Assembly: GCF_964194025.1 (NCBI RefSeq)
Contig: NC_134480.1
Coordinates: forward strand, 13,950,001 to 14,014,000
Direction: 5' to 3'
Origin: Convolutriloba macropyga
Lineage: Eukaryota
DNA: 64,000 nucleotides
Shown piece by piece: positions 25,337 to 36,236 of the stretch; the stretch's first letter is position 1, and the number at the start of each line of letters is the position of its first letter. The position numbers were made by a program, and so were the translations under genes. The notes below the pieces were generated by a model. That model did not search any database and was not told where the DNA came from. It saw only the letters and a list, made by a program, of their open reading frames with translations.

Positions 25337-28300
25337 ATGCACATTACTTCACAGCACAGACTGGAAGTATTATTTGAAAAAACACCATACGCGAAAACTT
25401 TTCGTTATTTTCAGATGTTTAAACCTAAACAGATCCGTTTTGAAGAAATTGTTTACAATCTAGACCATATTTTATACTCACACACTTGTTGTGAATGGGT
25501 TTTCCCTATTAGAGACTTTAATAACGAACATATAGCTTTTTTCTAACTTCCAATATTTCCACCGCAAGGCCACACCAAAACTCTCTGAGATTCTGTATAC
25601 GGATATTGTATACAGATTAATCTTGACCCCATTCCAGCCTCTTACGATATAAAATATATTACAGAAACTCTTAGGTTGGATGAACCATAACAACAACTCG
25701 CAAAGCAGCAACAGCAACAACTCACAAAATGAAACTGTATATCCGCACACTATCTTTTCTTTCGAACGCAAAGACTATGCAATTGCTGAATTAATAACAG
25801 TCTTTTCTGCTGATTTTTTAGATCTAATCCATCTCCATAATGTCATCCCACCAGAGTAATCCTTCGCAGAAATCAGAGTTAGTGGTAGTGTTCCTACTTT
25901 AAATCTATTAATATTTGTTATCCCCACCTCCACTGACTACAAAATTTGTTACTGCGATAATTGCCCCACTTTGGGCCAGAGATTATCGTCACAATTGCGT
26001 CCTCTAATCAGCAAACCAACACTAACCCAAGTGCTCCCCCGTCTCAGAATCACCTAGTTGCTCACACACCGAAGCAACTAAACAATCCACCCCCAAAATC
26101 ATCATTTAAACTTAATAAAAAATCGCAAACACAAGAAACAGAGGAACACCCATACTCAGTCATTACTACTGCCAACTCTATAGATAGGCCTTGTCCTACC
26201 GGACACTCCCCCCACTTTACCCCACAAACAGTAATCCCGTATCCCCCATCAAAAACAAACGCACAAACACCAAACGCAAACACAACAACACCTCTACCAA
26301 TTAAATACACAGACTTTATTACCCTATTCTGGTTTTCTAACGTACACAACACGTCAACCACCAACAATTATACCACCTCCATCACGAGCGCCACAACCCA
26401 AATTGCTTAATAGTTCAAAGACTCTACGATTCTCCAAACAACCTATAAATTTTGCAAACACAAATAAAACTCATAGCTCTGAATTGCCACAGCCAATTCA
26501 AACTGTTTCAAATGTTATTGATACACCACAAGACATCAGCTTAATTTCCGAGACTTCTATATTGGACCTACTCAATTCTCATTTTTCTTCACCTACTATA
26601 TCACAAATTGCGAATAATCCTCTTAATTCGCCACAGGGACCAATTTCTGATTTTGAAGGCTTACTCTCACAAGCATATTGGAATCACTCTTTTATTATAG
26701 TCAACTCATCACCATTCTTTCAAAATTCACTACCACTCAATTTAAAAGTTAGAACACCCATAACCACACTCAGCTCTAGTTCACCAACATCTAATCCCGA
26801 TCAAAATTCTCACCATTGTATCGGAAATTATCCAGATACTACTAGAACTTATCCAAGTTTACCACTGAAACTTGATCCAAATTTTTTTGTTCCCCCTCCT
26901 GCCCTTTTCGGAGACCACAATAAAGGCGAACAACTCCATAATTGCGCTAAACAAAAAATTTCTAAATCAGATAAGATCACACCAGTACAAAAACAACGAG
27001 CATAGGACCTAATAAAACAATCGAAAATTACTTTTTCGGTTGAAATTGTTGTAGAACAAGACAAGTTAATTTTTCACGCACAAGCTGCCGCACCGCCTAT
27101 TTTTGGAGGAAAAACAAATCCTTCACCAGTTATTTGTCAAGAAATTCACTATAAATTTGATAGATATACCAAAAACACGGCAGGATATTTTGTCTTCTAC
27201 AACCAATTAAAGTAGATCAACACAATATTTCCACACCTAAAACAGGCGTACAAGAACTGATAGTCACACATTATGACTCTTCCCCAAAGCACATCACAAA
27301 TATGCAGTATTACAAGATCAATAAAATAGGCGAATGAAATAACAAACCAGCAGAATTCCAAACCCTTTCCGGCCAAGTGCAATTCTTTTCTCAAATTTGC
27401 AGACTCCATGGACGCGCTTATGCCATACACGCTAAACTTAGTGATAAAGAAAGCTTCTGTCACAAAATCGAAATTAAAAGAGGCTTTAAGTTTGATCACG
27501 ATAATTGGTATGTCAACAATATGGAAAGACAATTCTTTCCCACAGAAATAGAAACTCGTAGAAAACTTGCAGAGATTAGTCTCATTAGTAAACATTACTA
27601 TCACACACAAATAATACAATTTGATATACTCGACGACCCACGCTGGCAAGCGAATATCGAAGCCAAACAAAGCCATTTTCAACTTGATCGCTACCGACCT
27701 TTTGCATTCCAACACGTAAGCATGGTCAATAATCCAAGGGACCATGAAGGGATCCCAAACGCCACACAAGGAATTACCCACCGGTTCCAAGGAACCAACT
27801 TCCGGTTTCATGAATTCACCAATCCTCTCGCTATTAATACCCTCCAAGAAATTCATGTGCCGGAACGTATTAATTATACCTCAACTCCACCTCAGTATAC
27901 ACTCAAACCCACAGCAAGTTCTGCCCTCTTGGAGAACTCAAGAACGAATATGTTCATGAGGTGCGGGATAGCGATCTTCCACTAGCATGTCTCCACTTCC
28001 CTATTAATCATTGTTTCACAGAATGATTCTGGCACCAGTCAAAATACATCTTTGCTCTTGCAGATCGCCCGAATGACTACCTTAATACCTCAATGCTTCA
28101 CACAATGCACAACTATCTATTCGTGCAACACCACCTTCACCGAACTAATCCAATCATCCACATGAATTGGCGTCTACAGTACGCCAACACCAAATTAACG
28201 TCACCTTACTACATGAATTACAACTACATAATTCAACCCAAATTACGCGAAAACCAACCGCCCCATCCTCGTTCCAATCGAATACCTACAGTGTGTAGAA

Positions 28301-28623
28301 GGAGGCTCCACGAAGTGTACCCATGGCCACACGTTCAATCTCCTCTACAGGGATTGGTTGGCGGATAAACTAGATAATCGCAAACCCTCCCACAAAGAAA
28401 CCCAGATTTTAAACCAACTCCTTGCTTTGCACTCCCACTGCAACGTTGACCTCTGTAACCGTCTCCTCGCTGCTTGTTTGGAGCTGATCCGGAATTTGTA
28501 GCATTCTTCCCCGATCCAGTTAATCGAGCTCCAGACTTTGAGTTCGAGTACCGGACGTAGGTCACAGCCCTACACCACATATCGGGCTCACAAACCCTCC
28601 AATCCGAGACTCACAATTCTTGA
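25337..28623 (+). pseudogene. Degenerate long accessory ORF (ORF3) of the Gypsy element, unknown function
   Basis: Chain of same-strand fragments 25337-25546, 25961-26410, 26403-27005, 27377-27985, 28093-28368, joined by protein-like frames broken by isolated stops and frameshifts; central P/S/T-rich linker. Confidence 0.6.
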
Positions 28624-28838
28624 AAGACTCCTTTAAACTCTTAATATTGTCTTTTTTTTCTTTAATATTTCTTTCTGTATCACTTCTATATAACTTGTTT
28701 CTTGTATATATTCCTTTCTTCCTTTACACAATTAAAGATCAGGATCAGTTCTTTTGTTCTTCCTCTCGGTCGGGACCTACTAAAGAAAGCATTAAATATA
28801 ATTTATAGATTTAATAGGGAAAGGAGCTCCCACGGTAG

Positions 28839-29375
28839 CTAAATGATGGATTTCCACCAGAAGGTAAGCTGGTAAATCCGACCGGTTCAAACCTTGTACC
28901 AGGTGGAGATAAACAGAAATCCCCCCCGTCCAAACCAGACAGAGACTACGGACTACAAGCGATCCTCCAACTGGGAACAAATTCTCACTACTTGAGAGCA
29001 GTTGGGCATACTCTAACAGGACAGACGTCACTGGCCAGCACACCCTGTAACTGGCACCCTAACTGGTTCAACAATCCAGATGAACCCCTCACTGACACCA
29101 CCAGTCATCACTTACTGACGAGGACATTAGACGACGACACAAGTCTCAACTTCACTTCAGAGAGGACACAACTCTTCACCCAACCTTTCAACGAGGATGA
29201 CACATCCAACGTATTTCTGCTAGAGTTCACATATTCGGATTTAGAACTCTCGACCCCGGATGGATGTAGCAGTAGAAATACTGGATGTACACCTCCATCC
29301 AATCAGAGACTCAGAAGACACTATTCTCTTTTATATAGAGAGAACTTCGCTAACTATAACCAGTCTATTAGTTAG
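28839..29375 (+). CDS. Accessory frame (ORF4, 178 codons, no ATG) overlapping the first 111 nt of the 3' LTR
   Basis: Stop-free from 28839 (after TAG 28836) to TAG 29373-29375: LNDGFPPEGKLVNPTG...WHPNWFNNPDEP...ELSTPDG|CSSRNTG. Confidence 0.5.
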   Translation, partial: LNDGFPPEGKLVNPTGSNLVPGGDKQKSPPSKPDRDYGLQAILQLGTNSHYLRAVGHTLTGQTSLASTPCNWHPNWFNNPDEPLTDTTSHHLLTRTLDDDTSLNFTSERTQLFTQPFNEDDTSNVFLLEFTYSDLELSTPDGCSSRNTGCTPPSNQRLRRHYSLLYRENFANYNQSIS

Positions 29376-29568
29376 ATACACCATGTGTATACTCTTGACT
29401 CCGGTGCTGTACTTTATTACCACCGTATTAATAGAATGTTATCTTCAGTGTTTTACTGAGTCGGTTAGTCTGAGAGATATAGGTAAGCCTACTTCGCGCG
29501 CAGAAATCAGTAGCCCTAGCTCTTTATACTTTAAGGCTGAAAAAGGAGCCCATCTCGGGTCTGCTTTA
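29265..29568 (+). mobile_element. 3' LTR, 304 bp
   Basis: TGTAGCAG...CTGCTTTA followed by GTAT; ~16 substitutions and 3 indels relative to the 5' LTR. Confidence 0.9.
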
Positions 29569-30849
29569 GTATCGTCGGCTGGTAATATGATCACCGGTAT
29601 ACTTATTGAAGCTTGTATGAGCGATCAAAATTTTTTTATGCTAACTAGGTCTCATATTTCTTGATATACTTTTACGTACAAAACAGCGCCCATAATACGT
29701 TTGCTGAATTAATAGGACGGTATACGTGAGAATTACTTTTGCACATTATGCATAAATTATAAAACGCAATTTCTAAAGACTATTATAAATATTTTTCACT
29801 TAAAATGTTTTAGTCCAATCCGAAGGGGCAAGGTTTTTAATTAAGTTCTGAGATCTCAAATCGGACAGTTCAATGGATAAAACGAGCTTTAAAAATTTAT
29901 TCATAATGAGGCATGATGACTTAAAACAATTATTGAGTATTCTTTAGACTGGCATTAAGTATTTTTTTAAAAAAAAATTTTGTTGCCATTTGTCATTAGT
30001 GACAGAGTGACCGTGCGAAGTAAAAAAAATAACTAGATTTTTTCATTCGTTTTTTTTTGTGTTTTCCAATTTTTCGCCAGTTAGGCCTTAACAAAAGTTG
30101 AGCCAATTGGTGTCGCAATACTTTTCAGAACCATTTATACTTAATCAGCGTCAAAACACAGCATCGTGAAAAAGCAATTGTCGTCAAAGTGCATTTAAAA
30201 AATCCGTACACTTGAATAACAATAATTAAAGTAAAGTTCAATATAATTTCAATGCTTATTGCAACGAAAAATCAATTGAAGCAGTTTTGTGAATCTTTCT
30301 GCTTGTTTTGTCAAAAATGTGTTATTTATTTTACTGACGGAAATATTTGTTCTTACATTGTTCAAATACTCCTCTGTTTTGTCTACAAAATTCTGCAGGA
30401 GTATTTTTAATGAAAAATTTTTCAAACTCAAACCAAAGAATAGCAAGTTATTCTCCAACGCAGATTTTACTATATATCATAAAACACAAATTGCTCTTCA
30501 AATTGATGCGTCTATTTTTGAAAACGTCTGAATTAAAAATATAAATGATGTCTATGATTCAACTCTAAAAGTATTTTGCTTCCAAAAACTACGAAATGCT
30601 CAAGAGGCTCACAAAGTAACAGAAATTCATAAATCAAATCTTATTTTTCGATTACAATAAATTCAGTTATCACTGGCCACTGGTGCTAGGAAACAAAACT
30701 AAAAAAACAATTCGTTCTATAAAAGGATCTCACAATGAGCAAACGAAAAACTTTTTTTAAATAAATTATGAGCCTCTTGGGCTCTAAGTCACACAGGAAA
30801 CAGTAGAACAATTTGTTTAAAGAACAAATTTTTCCATATAAAATACCAA

Positions 30850-31300
30850 AAAAGTTTTTCCGATCTATTTAGATTGTATAAGCGTTTTGGTCGTACCATC
30901 CAACTCATCAATTTAATTATGAAAACTAATAACATAGTTGCTGGCCACTTTGTGACCGCCTAAACTTTGAATCTGCACTCTGCCCACTTTTTCTGAACTT
31001 TTAGGAAGAGCTCAGAATATTTTTTTCCCGGAAGAAACTTCAATAATTTAAAAAAATACAATATTTAGGTATTTAGAAGGTTTCGGTACATGACTTGATA
31101 TCCGTTTACTTGGCTTGATATCTGTTTGCCATTATTTCAATATATAATCCTTAACTGTTTTTTTTCAGCATTACATGAACCTATATAAAAAAGATTGAAC
31201 TTATTGTGGCATTTTTATCTTTTGATCAGTCTATTAAAATCAACTCTTTGCAATTGTATTGTGATAAAAATCCATTACATAAAATCAACGCATGATTTCT
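30850..31300 (+). pseudogene. Possible Polinton/Maverick adenain-like cysteine protease relic (second copy ~33535-33985)
   Basis: Broken frames read VFP..LIMKTNNIVAGHFVTA..SAHFF.TF..SEYFF and later Q...STLC.LYC..IHY, matching the adenain His, FFD and Q-x-C motif order; heavily decayed. Confidence 0.35.
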
Positions 31301-32147
31301 ACAGGTTAAGTTCCCGATACCTCACTTCAACCCAATCGTGTGAACGCAATCTTAAACACATTGAAATTTTTCATCATTAGATTTGGAAAACTATATAAAT
31401 AAATATGGTTCACGTTTTAATCGTTTGACTTATCTTTACATTTTTGTAGTCAAAATTGTTAACAAGCTCAAATCTTTGAGCTTAAATGTAATCCACAAAA
31501 GAAATGAAGAACACACTTGCAAACATAGTCTTTGATCATTGTTTACGTTCAAGTGCGAATTTTTACAAACTTTCTGGAAGAAAAAATCGTGAAGTAGATA
31601 TTATTGGTTTTAAAAAAACCGTTTTGTGTTTTTTCTGCAATAATGCCAGCATGTAATACCCAAAACAATAACAGCTTAATGAGATTTCACTGATTCTCCC
31701 GTTTTGATCAATTTTTGTCGTTTCATTTGCGAAATACTCTTTATGTATTAACACATGGGTTCTTAGTTCGTAGCAATTCCCTTACCCTCAAACAAATTAC
31801 GGCTACAAAGTTTCTGTTTCCATTTTTAGTTTGAATATATTCAGAATATAGTTTCCGTGTTTTCCGGATACGTCAAATCTTGTGTTTTGAAATTTATGAA
31901 AGTTGTGAATTTTAATTCGTGGCAACTTTATGGAAAACTTTTGAGGCAACATTATTGATTTATTATTATTAAGTAACATTATTAAGTAACAAAATAACAA
32001 GAAATAAAGAGTTTGTTTATAGTTACAAAAGAGAACATGGAGAAGAATTTCATCAAAATAATGGATTGAGATTGCATAGTTTGTTTTGGATCCAACCATA
32101 GCTAGTGAAAACATTTTCTTATATTTACAGTTTCTGTTTTTTTGTTT

Positions 32148-32260
32148 CTGAGTCGGTTAGTCTGAGAGATATAGGTAAGCCTACTTCGCGCGCAGAAATC
32201 AGTAGCCCTAGCTCTTTATACTTTAAGGCTGAAAAAGGAGCCCATCTCGGGTCTGCCTTA
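32148..32260 (+). mobile_element. Partial LTR (3' 113 bp) created by the tandem duplication
   Basis: ctgagtcgg...ctgcctta followed by the same GTAT flank. Confidence 0.85.
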
Positions 32261-35142
32261 GTATCGTCGGCTGGTAATATGATCACCGGTATACTTATTG
32301 AAGCTTGTATGAGCGATCAAAAATTTTTTATGCTAACTAGGTCTTATATTTCTTGATATACTTTTACGTACAAAACAGCGCCCATAATACGTTTGCTGAA
32401 TTAATAGGACGGTATACGTGAGAATTACTTTTGCACATTTTGCATAAATTATAAAACGCAATTTCTAAAGACTATTATAAATATTTTTCACTTAAAATGT
32501 TTTAGTCCAATCCGAAGGGGCAAGGTTTTTAATTAAGTTCTGAGATCTCAAATCGGACAGTTCAATGGATAAAACGAGCTTTAAAAATTTATTCATAATG
32601 AGGCATGATGACTTAAAACAATTATTGAGTATTCTTTAGACTGGCATTAAGTAATTTTTTAAAAAAAAATTTTGTTGCCATTTGTCATTAGTGACAGAGT
32701 GACCGTGCGAAGTAAAAAAAATAACTAGATTTTTTCATTCGTTTTTTTTTGTGTTTTCCAATTTTTCGCCAGTTAGGCCTTAACAAAAGTTGAGCCAATT
32801 GGTGTCGCAATACTTTTCAGAACCATTTATACTTAATCAGCGTCAAAACACAGCATCGTGAAAAAGCAATTGTCGTCAAAGTGCATTAAAAAATCCGTAC
32901 ACTTGAATAACAATAATTAAAGTAAAGTTCAATATAATTTCAATGCTTATTGCAACGAAAAATCAATTGAAGCAGTTTTGTGAATCTTTCTGCTTGTTTT
33001 GTCAAAAATGTGTTATTTATTTTACTGACGGAAATATTTGTTCTTACATTGTTCAAATACTCCTCTGTTTTGTCTACAAAATTCTGCAGGAGTATTTTTA
33101 ATGAAAAATTTTTCAAACTCAAACCAATGAATAGCAAGTTATTCTCCAACGCAGATTTTACTATATATCATAAAACACAAATTGCTCTTCAAATTGATGC
33201 GTCTATTTTTGAAAACGTCTGAATTAAAAATATTAATGATGTCTATGATTCAACTCTAAAAGTATTTTGCTTCCAAAAACTACGAATTGCTCAAGAGGCT
33301 CACAAAGTAACAGAAATTCATAAATCAAATCTTATTTTTCGATTACAATAAATTCAGTTATCACTGGCCACTGGTGCTAGGAAACAAAACTAAAAAAAAC
33401 AATTCGTTCTATAAAAGAATCTCACAATGAGCAAACGAAAAACTTTTTTTTATAAATTATGGGCCTCTAAGTCACACAGGAAACAGTAGAACAATTTGTT
33501 TAAAAAACAAATTTTTCCATATAAAATACCAAAAAAGTTTTTCCGATCTATTTAGATTGTATAAGCGTTTTGGTCGTACCATCCAACTCATCAATTTAAT
33601 TATGAAAACTAATAACATAGTTGCTGGCCACTTTGTGACCGCATAAACTTTGAATCTGCACTCTGCCCACTTTTTCTGAACTTTTAGGAAGAGCTCAGAA
33701 TATTTTTTTCCCGGAAGAAACTTCAATAATTTAAAAAAATACAATATTTAGGTATTTAGAAGGTTTCGGTACATGACTTGATATCCGTTTACTTGGCTTG
33801 ATATCTGTTTGCCATTATTTCAATATATAATCCTTAACTGTTTTTTTTCAGTATTACATGAACCTATATAAAAAAGATTGAACTTATTGTGGCATTTTTA
33901 TCTTTTCATCAGTGTATTACAATCAACTCTTTGCAATTGTATTGTGATAAAAATCCATTACATAAAATCAACGCATGATTTCTTCAGGTTAAGTTCTCGA
34001 TAACTCACTTCAACCCAATCGTGTGAACGCAATCATAAACGCATTGAAATTTTTCATCATTAGATTTGGAAAACTATATAAATAAATATGGTTCACGTTT
34101 TAATCGTGTGACTTATCCTTAAATTTTTGTAGTCAAAATTGTTAACAAGCTCAAATCTTTGAGCTTAAATGTAAGCCACAAAAGAAATGAAGAACACACT
34201 TGCAAACATAGTCTTTGATCATTGTTTACGTTCAAGTGCGAATTTTTACAAACTTTCTGGAAGAAAAAATCGTCAAGTAGATATTATTGGTTTTAAAAAA
34301 ACCGTTTTGTTTTTTTCTGCAATAATGCCAGCATATAATACCCAAAACAATAACAGCTTAATGAGATTTCACTCATTCTCCCGTTTTGATCAATTTTTCT
34401 CGTTTCATTTGCGAAGTACTCTTTATGTATTAACACATGGGTTCTTAGTTCATAGCAATTCCCTTACCCTCAAACAAATTACGGCTACAATGTTTCTGTT
34501 TCCTTTTTTAGTTTGAATATATTCAGAATATACTTTCCGTGTTTTCCGGATACGTCAAATCTTGTGTTTTGAAATATATGAAAGTTGTGAATTTTAATTT
34601 GTGGCAACTTTATGGAAAACTTTTGAGGCAACATGATTGATTCATTGTAAGTAACAAAATAACAAGAAATAAAGAGTTTGTTTATAGTTACAAAAGAGAA
34701 CTTGGAGAAGAATTTCATCAAAATAATGGATTGAGATTGCATAGTTTGTTTGGGATCCAACCATAGTTAGTTAAAACATTTTCTTATATTTACAGTTTCT
34801 GTTTTTTTTTCATCTTCATTTTCGTTATTTGTTCAGAACAGTTCAACTCCAATTTTTTTTGCAGCATTTTGATCACACAACTTTGATTTGAAAGCACTTC
34901 TGAAAATCTTACCAACAACAATGTAAAACAAGCAATTAAAAAATACGTCAGCCATAGCTGCTGCCTCTGCGGTACAACCAACATACTTCAAATACTACAT
35001 TGTATTTCGAACTGGTGTTATGCAAAACCTAAAGCCTTCTCTTCCGTTAATTGGTTAAAATATTTAATTTAATGTCTATTGTAAAAAGCTGTTAACCTTT
35101 TTTTACTAATATACAGTATATACAGCCGACATTTGTTAGCTG

Positions 35143-35900
35143 ATGTTCCTGTCGAATGAACTAGGAATAGTTCATGACATCACGCAACCATTTGCGATAG
35201 AAAATGCCAGAACACTTTTGGGAACAGAGTTTTCTGGGAATGACAAACACAGAAAAGCGCTTGCGAATTCATGGGAGAAATGGAGATCCAGCGCAAAATT
35301 TGTCTTACTAGTGAGCAATTTATCAACACTCGCGGCCCTATCCCAAAAACGGTAACCTTCCCAACGGAACCAATTTAAGAGGATCCAATACCAGATATCA
35401 ATCCAACCTTTTATCGTGAATGAAGAGCTCGAATTATGCAACTATGAACGAACTAGGAAAATTGATTTTTGAACTAGGACGCAAGAGCGGCAAATAATGT
35501 TTGGGGGTGAATCTGGAAACCATTTGATCAAAAATTTAGCCTACAGTTATTACTAAGCATGGGAAAATGGGGTCCCAAATAGTTAAGTAGTCAGGAAGTT
35601 TACGTGAATAATGAAACAATAGGAGTCAGAGAATTATGAGACCTGCTGAAAAAAATTGCCAGACAACGAAATATCACTTTTGATAGATTCACTGAGTGAA
35701 GCCGTTTTCAAAGCAGGAACGAAGCAACGGATCAATTCTACGGAGCAATTACAGAAATTGCAGAAACCTGTTGATATCATTTAAAGAATGAGTTCATTAG
35801 TTAAAATTTTTTTTGAATGAGAAACAGGGACATCCAATTTGAACTGCTAAAAGAAGCGATACCACACAAACGCGCAACACAGATTGCAGAGGTTTCCCCC
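35143..35900 (+). mobile_element. Old Ty3/Gypsy gag relic
   Basis: RQRNITFDRF...FQSRNEATDQFYGAITEIAETC...RNRDIQFELLKE is a retrotransposon capsid-type pattern, with stops and frameshifts. Confidence 0.6.
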
Positions 35901-36054
35901 ACTTAGCATCCAGAACGAATTCGCACTAGAGAGCGCCCACGAGAAATTTATCCCCTCACAATTGCTAAACATGGAAACGATATCAGCATTGAATGCGCTA
36001 TCATCAGGTTTTACAAGAACAATATTTTAAGTATTGTTATAGGACCAAATCAGG

Positions 36055-36236
36055 TCAACCTCTGATAGCTGAAACATGTATGTTTAACGGTCGTTATTGC
36101 TTTCGAGATGGAACATGGCAAAAATTGAGAAAAAGCTCCAAAAAATGAGAATAATAGGTAAGCGAATGAAACTAGCAGAAGTATTCTGATGATCACTGAG
36201 TGTCTTTAAGATCTGCTGACGATGCCGTTATTTGAC
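36055..36236 (-). pseudogene. Relic of a paralogous GPCR last exon (TM6 region)
   Basis: Acceptor ttttag|GTCAAAT and SN..S*R.S.I..ILLLVSFAYLLFSF...AMFHLESNND.*.YMFQLSE align to the 38372 exon; contains stops and a frameshift. Confidence 0.8.

Larger units (their letters stand above)
17986..29568 (+). mobile_element. Complete (non-autonomous, decayed) Ty3/Gypsy LTR retroelement, 11.6 kb, with long 3' accessory region
   Basis: Paired LTRs; GTAT TSD at 17982-17985 and 29569-29572; domain order Gag-PR-(RT)-RH-IN is diagnostic of Ty3/Gypsy. Confidence 0.92.
29456..34807. repeat. 2692-bp tandem duplication (29456-32147 / 32148-34807)
   Basis: ORF pairs 30249/32940 and 30289/32980; unit begins inside the 3' LTR (ctgagtcggttag). 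Confidence 0.92.

Noticed and set aside
27197-27856. 219-aa antisense ORF
   Set aside because: It shadows the plus-strand ORF3 block and has no independent motif; likely a codon-bias by-product, though an antisense gene is not strictly excluded.
25337-28623. env gene interpretation of the 3' ORFs
   Set aside because: No signal peptide, furin/fusion peptide or transmembrane anchor visible in the translated fragments.
29260-29664. 134-aa ORF spanning the 3' LTR (and 32105-32356)
   Set aside because: It crosses the TSD into flanking DNA, and the frame is broken by indels in the 5' LTR; chance ORF.
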